DNA of 49,933 bases. Origin: Polymyxa betae A26-41. Lineage: Eukaryota; Protista; Endomyxa: Phytomyxea. Where the stretch lies: NCBI GenBank assembly GCA_003693705.1, contig RBZT01000713.1, forward strand, positions 1 to 49,933. The letters run 5' to 3'. This document shows positions 23,185-47,701 of the stretch, piece after piece (within the stretch, counting starts at the first letter, position 1; the number at the start of each line of letters is the position of its first letter). The position numbers were made by a program, and so were the translations under genes. The notes below the pieces were generated by a model. That model did not search any database and was not told where the DNA came from. It saw only the letters and a program-made list of their open reading frames with translations.

Positions 23185-23704
23185 TCAGGCTCCAACGGAA
23201 TCCTGGCCCATGCATTTTTCCCAGACGTCCACTATGTACTTGTAGAACTCGGGCTTTCGGGAGACGCAGTCGTCGATCATCTGGTTGAAAGTCGCCAAAC
23301 TCAGTGGCTTGAGGTGAGCCCGGAAAAAGCTGCGGAGCCCGGACTTGGTCTTGGCGCCGCAGTACTTTCCCATAAGGTCAATGGCCTTGGCCAATGTCGC
23401 CTCCAAGCCGCCGGGGAGTTTGGTGAGGTCAATCCACGCTGACCATCAATCCGAGAACGAAATTCTGGCCGGCATCCATGGAGGGCTTGATCTTCTGGCT
23501 CTTGGAGTTTTGCCCGAATGTTCCCTGAGGTGCGGGTGGAATAAGAGGAACCGTGGCCGCAGCGTGAGGAGGAGTGCTGCTGGCGGCGAGCGCTGGTGAA
23601 GAGGGCGGAGGGCGATGGCTGGCGATGTCACAGTTAGGGAGACTGGGAGAGCCAAGGAGGTCGCGCCTCCTTCCTATCCGAAAGAGCGCAGCCTCCGCAC
23701 ACAA
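23185..23704 (-). pseudogene. Unknown ORF family, copy B (frameshifted)
   Basis: FGQNSKSQKIKPSMDAGQNFVLGLMVSVD/LTKLPGGLEATLAKAIDLMGKYCGAKTKSGLRSFFRAHLKPLS..., with a frameshift near 23429. Aligns with 16938-17330. Confidence 0.6.
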
Positions 23705-24664
23705 AATATAAGGAACGATTTTTTTTATGGAGATTTCCTAGCGAAAAGAATTCTTTTTCATCCACTTGAACCAAGACGATCTCAGGTTTCAGGTTTTCCA
23801 ATTGAGCGGCGGACTGGGCATTCGCCAACGCCGGACAGTGTTCGCGATTTTGAATGAGTTGCAATACCTTTTGAAAAGCACAATTCGATATTGGTGGCTG
23901 ATATAATCGAGGCGATGAGAAGCGCGGATATGATATGGAACTACTTCTGAGTTTTCAAAAAATTGAAACTTTTCTTGCTCTGCTACTTCGCCTTATCTCG
24001 TACAATGAGATTTCGAATGTGGCTGAATCTTGTGGTGACACTGTTTGCGAAATCATCACGTGAAAGGACGCCAATTCTCATCATTCCCGACCGAATGGGT
24101 CTCACAAGAGCAGCTGATCAGCGGATTCTAAAAAGGTTCTTGGTTTCAGAAACCAGTTTGAATGTGTTCGCGTTGGACATTACCACATAAACCTTGATGA
24201 TCGATCGATCTCTCAATTACGAGCCAATATGACGAAATCGATCAATTGTGACTTCAGACCTTCAATCTGCGATTGATACAACCAGCTTACACAAAATCGA
24301 AGGTTGATTATTGTCGATTCGAATTCAGATAAGAATATGGCGGCTCCAGTTCTGGTAACAGAGCCAGGGGGCCAGTACGTCTTTCGTTGAGGTCGTGAGA
24401 TTACGATCAAGGTTCGGGCCCGTCTGTAGCGATCGCCTCAATCGCAATTGCAGGTTTCGAAGAATTCTGTGGACTATCACTCTATCTACCCGAGGACATC
24501 GACGGGGGCAATTCGGCGCCCAGAGGCCCTGAGAGGATCTCATAAATGGGGTGTTTTCTCTTATATTTGTATGGGGTCGTTTTGTTAAATAAATAGATAC
24601 AAGCCTAGGATGGCAATATTTTCAAATAAATATTAAGCGAGAATGTCGATTGCGTTAACCGAGG

Positions 24665-37479
<12,815 letters not shown>

Positions 37480-37899
37480 GACGCCCTGGCAGCCAGCAAG
37501 GTGGATTAGTAGGGCGGGACCTGATAGGCGATCTTAATATCCAAAGAGATTAATGTATTGGATCGATCCCGTCTACTTTCCCAAACTTAAGATCGCTTCA
37601 CCCATTCTTCTCTCCCAATTCCCAACTGATCATCGATGGCGCTAGGCGGTCTCTTTCAATCATCAACACGTCTGCCGAAAGCATGAACGATGCCTGACGC
37701 ATTACTAGTACGAGTGAGTGAATGATCTCTCATGGGGTAATGTTAACAAGGGCAGAATATCTTCTGTGCCATGTTGTTTATGGAGATCCCGTCTACTTAT
37801 ACATTTTCTGAAGTCATTCAATCTGGGGCGACTCTGCTGAATAAGTTAAGTTAGAAGCTGCTGATGAGAAAATGCCCAAATCCCGTCTAGATTACAACA

Positions 37900-38700
37900 A
37901 ATTTTTCGAAGCAAACGCTTTTTGAGAACAAACTTCCTAATGTGCTTAGTTCAATCAAAGGGGAACTTCCGCTGTTCGAAACCCGCCTGTTTACAAAAAA
38001 TTCTTTTGAACTGGGTTTGGGTTTCATCGCTGTAATCTCCTCTGATTTCTCTCGGCTGTAAGAATAAATCGCGATAAATTTGCACAGCCAATCAAGTTAA
38101 GCGTTCGCTTTTCCAATATACATCGCCTCTGCCCTTCCTTCAACGGAAAGCGATTGTGCTTTCCAAAAATGCAGCTGCGATTCCGAATCATCGAAAGCGA
38201 TTTCGAGTTCGGTGAATGCCACCTTCGCTGTTCATTCTTAGAACCTAAAACTATGATCTTGTTCGTAGAAGAGCTGTAAATGTTTTGTACTGCATTCGGC
38301 GAATTATATCAGAGATTGATCTTAGTTTCCAAATTTCTGTGTTTCTGCTTAAGTATATTGCCCCTTCTGTTATTGCAACGACCATAAATCGCTTCAAGGC
38401 TCGTGGAGATAATTGTACAAGAGCTGCACAGATACAGCAGCGGACATATACAAAACCAACCGTTCCGGAGTTTGCAATCAAGTATTCTTCGTCTTTTACA
38501 TTGAGCCGATTCGCAACAAGGGTGTCATTTTCCTTTGCATGATGATTCGAGGAGATGTCATAAAGCCACCAATACTGTGCATCCTGGATGGAGAACTTTC
38601 ACAATTTTTCAGCATCTCTGCTGTCTGCTGCGCAAGATGTTCATTCGATCAGTAACAGCAAGCAGCCATGAGAGGCGAGAGGCCCCCAATAGGCTGCGCT
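37900..38700 (-). mobile_element. Highly degenerate hAT-like transposase remnant
   Basis: Fragments KFSIQDAQYWWLYD (cf. LIQDVxTRWNSTYD) and KRIFCKQAG...KHIRKFVLKK (cf. hATC ERxFS.AG). The motif atcccgtcta is repeated at ~37566, ~37786 and ~37880. Confidence 0.3.
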
Positions 38701-39304
38701 CTAAAGCGCCTTCATAGCTGCCTGCTGCCTCTAAGACTGGAATAGAAACCTAAACAGGAATACCAAAATTCATCAACTGAGCTGGTAACATGATAGACTA
38801 TAACAAATAACTTCAACCCGTAATCTCATGTCACACCATTGACGTGGTCAATTTCACAATTCAAATCACTTTCTATTGAGGATTCCATGAATGTTGACCT
38901 TCAACGAAACAGGTTTTCAGCTCTTCAAAACCGATTTCGAGTTACAGAGTATTTGCAGTATTTAGTCTGTATGAAAAAAACACGAAACGCCCTTGCTCAT
39001 TCATGACAATTTCAAGCCTTTTCTTCCGAGGACAAAACACATCCCATTGTCCTGTTGGGCAATGCTGTTCACCAGTGTCCGCATCTATCAACTTGCGCGC
39101 TCTCCATCTAGCTACAAAACAATTCAATTGCCATTATAGCGTTGGAAAGAGCCACCCTTAAGGTCATGCATTTAGCCCTTTAAATAGCGCTGGCTGGTAA
39201 TGCGGGTCAGTCACCAACAGCCAAGACCGCCCTATTAATAGCTGGGACGGCCGCCAACATCGCCGAGCCGAACAGACGGGTTCGGGTCCTGGGCGGCAGT
39301 CGCC

Positions 39305-39322
39305 CGCGCTATTAATAGCGCG
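39305..39322. promoter_or_regulatory. Perfect 18-bp palindrome CGCGCTATTAATAGCGCG upstream of the Myb gene
   Basis: Self-complementary. The core CTATTAATAG also occurs at ~39232 within a larger imperfect inverted repeat. Confidence 0.45.
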
Positions 39323-39405
39323 CCCACGGGCGCAGTTTATCCACGACGACGCATCCGGGCGACGTGATACACAATCGGCTGCAAAAGCTGCATGACGACG
39401 ACGCC

Positions 39406-40179
39406 ATGATGCCTGCCGCCGCCACCGACGATGACGATGGCAGCGACTGGACGACGGAACACGAACGAATCTTCACCGACCTGGTCCGCCGGCACGGCAC
39501 CGACTGGGCCAGCATTACCGCGGCGATGAACGCCCGGTTCGGCGGCGGCGACCCGCATTATCACCTGGCGTTCATACAGCAGCGCTGGCGGTGTCTGCAG
39601 CCGCCGCCCGTGGTCGTCGCCCAGGTCGTACCCGCCCAGGACCTGTCGGCGATGATGATGCGGACCGGGAACCCGTGGACGCCGCAGGAGGAGGCGTACC
39701 TGGCCGAGCTGGTCCGCACGTATGGCAACCACTGGACGAAGGTCGCGCGCATCATGCAGCATCGTTTCGGCGCAGCGCGGACATACAACCTGAACTCGAT
39801 CAAGCGCAAGTGGAAGTACATGGTCAACTCGACTCCGAAGCAGAGGCCGCCCACGCGCCGGGCTCCGCTCTGGACCGAGCCCGAGGAACGATTTCTGGCT
39901 CAGCTGGTGAACCAGCACGGGCGCCGATGGACTGAGATTGCGGACCGGATGACCGTCAGCTTCGGTCATGTCCGTCAGTATACCGATAAGAAGGTGCAGG
40001 CTAAGTGGCGGTCGCAAATGGCCAAGTCCGAGCAAGGCCGGGCGGAGTTGCTGTCGCCTAAATCGGCGGAGACTGCCAGCGATGGTCCGCAGACCGCTGC
40101 AGCTGCTGCTTTAGCTAAAGATCCTTCACGTCTGGATCTCGATATGTTAATGCTTCCTGATCCTGATTTCATCCTGTAA
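39406..40179 (+). CDS. Intronless protein with three Myb/SANT repeats
   Basis: WTTEHERIF...HGTDWASI...QQRW, WTPQEEAYL...YGNHWTKV...KRKW and WTEPEERFL...HGRRWTEI...QAKW. The ORF is open from 39364, the first ATG is at 39406, and the sequence is strongly GC-rich. Confidence 0.9.
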   Translation: MMPAAATDDDDGSDWTTEHERIFTDLVRRHGTDWASITAAMNARFGGGDPHYHLAFIQQRWRCLQPPPVVVAQVVPAQDLSAMMMRTGNPWTPQEEAYLAELVRTYGNHWTKVARIMQHRFGAARTYNLNSIKRKWKYMVNSTPKQRPPTRRAPLWTEPEERFLAQLVNQHGRRWTEIADRMTVSFGHVRQYTDKKVQAKWRSQMAKSEQGRAELLSPKSAETASDGPQTAAAAALAKDPSRLDLDMLMLPDPDFIL

Positions 40180-42309
40180 CGTAATTAACCATCTAATGAC
40201 TATCTATTAATCAAGCGTATATAAATATTGTGCCATGAATGGAGGCTAAACACTAAAGGTTCAATACAGACCCATCGGAGGCCATTTTCTTTCTTTTTTT
40301 GCGTCTTATGATGATAAGAGGCAACAATACAATTTCACGGCACAATAATCTTCTATCAATACACCCATGGAGGCCATCTTCCAGTAGAGCGTCCATTCGA
40401 TAAAATGGTAGAGAGCCTGTTTGCCCAAATCGGCCGAGAACATCAAACACTCCAGTCGATCTCAAAAACCCTAAAACCCTCCCGAGAATATTGCATCTAA
40501 CAAGATCAGACTTACCAGTATCAAAAACAGGGACTTTGCCGCATGATTTAAATAGAACGTTTGAAAACCAACACAGAGGGGCGCAGCCACAACGGTTGGA
40601 CACAAAATGACTGTCATGACACGTTTTACTCATCTGGAGGAGGCGCAGCCAGCGGCAATTCAGGCGGAAGCTATTCATGCAGCAGAAATCAGCAGATAGG
40701 GCAGCAGCAGATTCCTGCAGATTTGTTCACTTTGATTTACCCTAAAACCCTAACCTAACACAGTAACCACGAAAAGATTCGATATGAGCGCTATCAACGA
40801 TAACACTCCCAACAATAGCTCCAACGAGACGAACTAGGCGCCGCTAAACGCCGAAGAACGGTCCCCGATAATGAAACTTCAACCAATATCTAAATGACAA
40901 AGATCGCTCGCAATCGGACGATATCAAAGAACGCATTGCCTCTATGTATCACTCAAAACCCTTGTGAATTTGAGCATCAACCCTATCATTTGACTTATTG
41001 TTTATACTTAAACTTAATAGCTCAAACATATTGGAGAATGTACGCCTCGAAGACCTTCCCTCTCCGTAGCTACCCATCACTGCATTCGAACGGAATCTGT
41101 TAATCAATCCATCATGCACAAACAGGCGAATCAAACAATGAAACCGATTCTGAAAACAGGACAACAATTTCCATACTTTCAATGGACAAACTTTGGCACA
41201 AGAAAAAGCTGTTGAACTTGCCCATCTCGCTTATTCACGCACCACTGATATCGTTCGCAGCTCCGAAAATGGCTATCACCGCCAAATAGGGATTCGCGTG
41301 CGCGCTGAAACCCGAAGTGATACGCAAAGTGTGATTAAGTGCAGAGGCGTAATCCAAAGACATCATGCCAACTGTTCGAATAGAGCATTCCCAGATTACA
41401 GATTCAATGCATTTATAGGCGCAGCGCTCACCGATCTATTAGCACCCGATATGACACACCAAACCCGATCATCACCGGCGAGCTTAACACTCTTAACAGA
41501 AGATACTGAGCCCACCAACAGGAGAATTACCCCATTACAGCTCAACACCCGAAGGGATCTCTGCGAATCATCCGCAAACATGATGAAACAGACCTGAAAA
41601 GCTCACGGCCTTGTCGCAAAAAAGGCAAAATCAGCAATCGGGAACTGGAAAGTCCTCAACTGTGTGTCACCACCTCGAGACAACTTTCGACCTCAACCTG
41701 AGAGGCACTGTCAGGGAACTCCTGAAAGCCGTCTACCAACGTAATCATACCGAATTATAGACCACAAACAAACGAAACCTATATATTGGAATTGATCAGT
41801 TCAACACCCGAACGATTAGCTTAGTTTTAAAAAATCCAAATATATTTTGTTTCATAAAAATTTGTATTTTTATGTTTTAGAAATTTATAGGATTTATATA
41901 CTCTAAGAATATATTACTTGCACATAGGAGATCACCTTAAACCCTTAGCCTAGGCTATTGTCTATAAGCAACTAAACATAAACCGATACAGTTTGGGAGC
42001 CGAGAGCTGGCCGCAGCTAATAACTAGAGAAATGCAGCACGATGAGCCATTATGCAAGCACGAAGAAATGGTCAAAACCGAATTTGACGCGTGATAGATT
42101 ACCAACGAAAGCAGAGAGTCTGCAAAAGGCCTTCTCGAGAGCAGAAATCACTCTCATCCAGAAAACGTTAAAGGAAGCCCGCAAGGATAAAACAGGAGCA
42201 GTGTCTATAAGATGATCAGACAAATCCAACCGGAACTTGACAAAAAAAAATTCAGAAAACAGAAATCAAGCGACCTATTTCCAACAGTTCGCTGATAAGT
42301 TTCATTAAA

Positions 42310-42660
42310 TTGCCGATCAAGAGGACAGTCACCCTCTGTCGACCAAGGCCTTTCACAGCCGACGAGTCAGTTGTAACTCACCGCGAATTGAAGCAGGCGC
42401 TCAAGGCAGCAAACAATCGGCAGGCTCCGGGCTCAGACCAAACTTTTAATGAAATTCTGAGTTTTTCGTGCAAAAATCAACTTTACTGCAACGTGTTATA
42501 AACAACCAAATTAAAACAGTGCAATACTTCACAACCCGAATTGTTGCTCTTCCGAGGACAGGAAAAGTTTCGTTAGAGCGGATCGTTCTCACATTAAAAA
42601 ATGAACCAGCCGCTGGCAATTGAGCAGCATCCGCTTTACAAGCGCTCACATGTCAGGGAC
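42310..42660 (+). mobile_element. Non-LTR retrotransposon (LINE) RT remnant; probably extends over ~40800-43950
   Basis: THRELKQALKAANNRQAPGSDQTFNEIL matches the RT domain-0 EL..AL...KAPGPDGI..E.L motif. The surrounding sequence is full of stops. Confidence 0.6.
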
Positions 42661-42999
42661 AAGTATGATAGAAATAGTCTGGAAGAGAAACTGAGGCGGG
42701 TTGGTCCAGAGAGGTTGAAATAATCACAAAGAGGTTAACGCAATGACATTCCTATGGCCGAATGTCGAGAGACAAAGGCCGTCGGAATGTTCTAAGAACC
42801 TATCGATTGGAAGTTTCCAACATATCCTAGTGTTCTACGTCTGGAATGGGTTCTGCAGTCCAAGGCCGCGCCCAGCCGGCTGCTTTCGGGGTTACGCCCC
42901 TGACATCACAGGGCGGACTCAAACAATCAAGTGTCGAACTGGACAAGAGAATTGCTGAATCCCAACCTTGTGAAGAAGAGGCTGATTGCTCCTGGCTAA

Positions 43000-43716
43000 G
43001 GGTGCGTTTGGATACTCGCAATTTTGCAAAATTCCGGGGGATATTTTGCAAAATTGCCTATTTTACAAAATAAAAGATGCTGAACGTGTTTGGATGCCTT
43101 TCTTGCAAAATCGGGATTTTTGCAAAATACCCTTGAATTTTGCAAAATACGATATTCAGCTCGGACCTAAATTTTTGGGCTGCAAATTTAAATATTACCT
43201 GCCGTTCGAGATATGGCTTCTGTTTTCTCCAGGGGTCTTGAGGTTTGCGGCATCGATGACGGCGACGGCAATGCTGCAGACTTTCTGGTCCTAGCAACAT
43301 GATGGTATGCGGCACAAAACCTTTGCAGGGAGTCATGCAGAACGTCCATCATGACCGGCTGCCTCTATATGTAGGAATTGCTGTCGCATACTACCATCGA
43401 ACGGCGCTTCTTGGAGTTCTTCCGAATGAATCGTTTCACCTTCCTTCATCTGAAAAATTCATCGTTGCTAAAGGGTGCCTGATGCCATCTCATTTGACAT
43501 GATTGACGCAAAGAGAGCTACTGTAAAAATATTCGATGCGGACTATCAAACTGTAAACATATTCGATGCGGACTATCAACTTTGTGTTTTTTTAATCATA
43601 AACAGTGCATCCAAACGATCTGGAATTTGTCAAAAGGTGTTCTTACAATATTTTACAACAATATTGCAATAATGGAATTTTGCAAAATTCCGCAGCTCAG
43701 ATAGCCAAACGCACCC
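43000..43716 (+). mobile_element. Internally deleted PIF/Harbinger element
   Basis: TIR GGGTGCGTTTGG, with TAA TSD at 42997-42999 and 43717-43719. Subterminal palindromes attttgcaaaat. Internal RTSIMTG..Y..ELL....RRFLEFFRMNRFTFLHL matches the Harbinger transposase N-terminus. Confidence 0.9.
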
Positions 43717-46700
43717 TAAGCTTGTACACAACTCAGGTCTGTTTCTTTCTGCGGTCAAAGGTTGATGGTCGGCACCAATGAAGTGCAATCAATGAGCAGG
43801 CGATAAGCGAGTGGGACAGCGACCAGCAAGTTGGAAATTAGGCGAACCATAAGATGCCAGCAATTACAGATGGCGTCAGATTGAGTACTTCGATATGAGA
43901 GACGACCGAGAGCAAGCTTGACTTATCGAGTCAATGGTGAAGAACCAAGAGCGACTCGCGAAACTTTTGATGAAGGGTTTTTTTCAGCACTTCAATAACT
44001 GCATGCTAACGAGAATACAATGTGTTATTTTTATCAAGATCCCATGTTATATGCTGTCTTCCTTCGGCCGGTAATTATGATCACGTTTTTCACATTTGGC
44101 GCAAAGACTGAGACCTTATCAAGGTTCCCTTATAGCTGAGACCTTATTGAGGCGGCCTATACTGTGGCTGTTGTTTAAATATTTAATTCAGAGATTCGGC
44201 TTGCCAGAACGTCACCAGACTTAAAAAGTCTAACTATATACTAAAATGCGAACTGAACGCCGCCCAGTGTATCGGAGCAAATCCAGTAAGTATTCAGTCT
44301 GTGTTTCTCTTTTGGATGCCGCTCAGACGCTGGACTCTCAGAATAAGAACGTTTCATTCTGGTCAACAACCCTTGATACTCACTTAGCGCCCAGCCCAAT
44401 CTGGAAGATTTTATTAGTGGGCAGTAATCACACCATGGATCCCGTTGCTATGCAGCCCTAACCTAACACTGCACAATACAGATTGCTAAGTATAACCATA
44501 CATCCAGCCGTTTTATCTAGTATGAGTGTGAAGATTTTCAATTTGTTGGACCACACACCCACTGAATGGAATAGGGGCTTATAAAATAGTTTATTAATGG
44601 GCTCGTACAGCGGCTTCCGGCAGTAAATACCTACATCGCCCCAGTCACTGATGGAGGAAAAACCTAGAAGCAGAGGCCGTGGGCTTGGCAGCAGCAGAAT
44701 AATCAACTTTAAAACGCCAATTGCAGGGGTTGTTTGGCCGATTTCGCGCACTTGGCGAGCCATTTCTTGTACAGCTTTCTGAATCCCTCACATTGATCCT
44801 CATCCAGATGATCTATGATATGTGGCTGATGATCAGGATATAGCTGGTCACACTGATACACAGTTAGGAATGCCACTTCAGAACCAAATCCGTAGAGGTG
44901 CTGAGTAAGCAACAGAGGATGCAGTTGCTTGTCATTATCACCACATTAAGCTCCAAAGGGCAATGTCATCCACACCCTTCTCAGGAGAGCAAAGAATATG
45001 TTCATATGGCAGGGGTGGGCCCTGGTAACCCCTTGGAAGAACCATGGTACATGGATGGTTGTCCGTCAAGGCAACCAGGACACGAACATGTTGCATATAC
45101 AACCTGTCCAAATGACCAGGAAGCTCTGCATAGCCATTTTAGATGAATTAAAGCGTCACCAACAACATTGGTACCTGTGCAGGTGTATCCGGGTCTTTGC
45201 GCATGAATTGGTATTGATCATCCAAGACAAACTTCAGGCCCGGGAAAGAAAACTGAAGAATTTCAGGGGTTCAGGTCGTTATGCAGCGAGATCAGCTCAT
45301 CGACCCAGAGGGCCATCGCCTGGACGGTCGCGCTCAGAATGCGGCGGAAGATAGTAGCTGTTCATCATAACAAGGACTGCGGCCAGGTGTTAGTAGTTGA
45401 TAATATCGTGGACCTGAAGTGGCACCCTAGAAATCTTTCACCTATATCATGATTAGTTAGTGTTAAACAGGAGCAAAACAAAGATACCATTCAGCGCTGA
45501 CGATTGGCTGACGACTGCAGAAACATCGACTGCGGCACAAGCACTTTTTAAAATCATTAGGCAAAAATTGGTACCGTATATCGATAGAAAATGTACCGTT
45601 GGCAGCAACAGTATTATCTCCAGCTAAGAGAAAATATATTCACAACTGATAGAACAGAATGTGTAAGGAGCGATTGATACTCTCGTGGTGTTAGGCACCA
45701 AATGCAACTGATCCAGGAGGATGTTAGGACAGTGACGTCAATAACAGAATGACTTGTATCATAGCCTTGAGCGACTATATATCAGAATATCGAATTAGGG
45801 CACTACCATATACATCAAAACTCCGCCACGGACTTCTCCGGCTTCAACTGTTGGCACTGTTGGCAACAGTGGGTTGCACCCTCCCTGCCTTGAGACGAGC
45901 GGCGCAGCCAGCCGCTGGAGTAGGGACGAGCACGAGCAGAATTTGACTCTGTCTCAACAGCGCCTGAGCTTAACGGTATTCTATTGTTCTGTTGTTATAA
46001 CTCTCAATACTACACGAAGTATAAAAACGACAATACAGCTGAAGATTCCGCGGCGTTTCTTAAATTCTGTTTCTCAAAACATGTACACAATCATGGGAAC
46101 TTCGGCACATTTCTTCATATTGTTCATTCACAGGTTTCCTTTTTTATTACGCTCATCTCATGCAATGAGATTGAACATCGCTGTACGGGTTTCTGAACCT
46201 GTTTAACAACAAACGATTTGTCTCAACTTGCTCCTGTATTGCGTTACAAGGGCATTACAGAGCCATACAATATTTACTCGATAGTCGACTGCAAAGGATC
46301 TCAGATCCTGTTATGTTTATAGGTAGAATATCATGCTTAACGGAAGTGCTGGACTCGGCAGTTTGGGATCTTATAGCTGCAAAATGCTCCAATACTGAAA
46401 GCAGCTAGCTGTCCCGGCGGCTCTTCCTCGTCATCAGACGTCCTTGGTCAGCCACTATTGGACCATCTCTATCTGGATATTGACATCGGTGACGGCCTGC
46501 GTCGCTGTCTCCAGATCCGCCCATCTCGACTTCTCAACAAAACGATTGATCACTATAATTGGATCCGAGTGATTATAGCTAAATTTCCGCTTTATTAGCC
46601 GCAATTAACCTTAAACAAGTAGAATTGAATGATTGAAAAAAAAAGACAAAGAGAGGAAAAACGATTATATTCCCACTGTTACATATTATCGCAAGACTGA

Positions 46701-47701
46701 GAATTTAGCAGGGTTTTCAAGCGATTTGAGAGGTAGGAACAGTACGATAAGTATAGGAGGATCATTCGATACAATTGGATACAAATAAATGCGAAAGATG
46801 CAGAACCGACATTCAATTCAATAAATGAATATACATGTTCGATTTCTTCAAGAAAATTTTTACAACTTTTCTTCAAAAAAAAAACAAAAACCAAACGTTT
46901 TACTAACGCAAAATGCATATAAATTTACTCATCAACATAACGATGTTATGGAAGAGGTGTGCAAGGACAATATCATACGAGATTCACGACCAGGTTCGGG
47001 TTCATCTGCTGAAACGGTAACAGCCTGCAATGAGACGGACCCCGGGATCGGTCGTGCTGGTCAAGGGCGTTGATGCGATCTCGGACTCAGCAGCAGGAAC
47101 CGATCACGGATATTCTTAGGCCTAAAAACTTGATAATATTCCACGTTCCAATGCAGGCAGAGAACGTAAAGCGATTGAGACTATGTTTGAAGAGTACCCT
47201 GAACCTTTGCAGAAGACGACCTGAGTAAAACCCAATTCTACTGATAACTTGACGTCTCAGATCCTCCTTGAAAAACTCGTGAAAGGCAAAAATGTACAGA
47301 AACGTGGTGTCACGCCCTCCTATAGAAAACGTGCAAATAGCACACAATACCCATACTGGCCATACAGTAGGACTGAGGACGGTTCCGAAATTCAACACTA
47401 AACGCGGGATTTGGAAATAACCACCACAACGCACTTTTTTCCGAATTCGGAAAATGGACTTCGCCAAAAACATTTTCATAAATAGAAAGATTCTTGGATT
47501 TTACACATGCTGATAGAAAAAAAATTGCGCTTTGGTTACTGAGAAAAATGGATTAAAACAGTGCGTAACTGGTCGGGTATCTTTACTGTTTCAGTACAGA
47601 ATTGTGCGGGAATGCGCAGCCCTTTCTCACAATCCATCGCTGATTAAGTGGCCTCCCTTTAATCAGCTTAATGCATTCGTACTACATACTGCCAAAAGAC
47701 C

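Noticed and set aside
39337-40035. Long antisense and alternative-frame ORFs over the Myb gene (likewise over Rep and the ankyrin gene)
   Set aside because: These are expected from high GC content and have no motifs.
39406-43716. Myb gene as the Myb/SANT partner ORF of the Harbinger element
   Set aside because: It lies outside the TIR/TSD-bounded element and has three repeats rather than one.
44300-45400. Possible transposase remnant (RVFAHELVLIIQD resembles hAT CxAHxLxL)
   Set aside because: A single weak motif with no TIR/TSD support.
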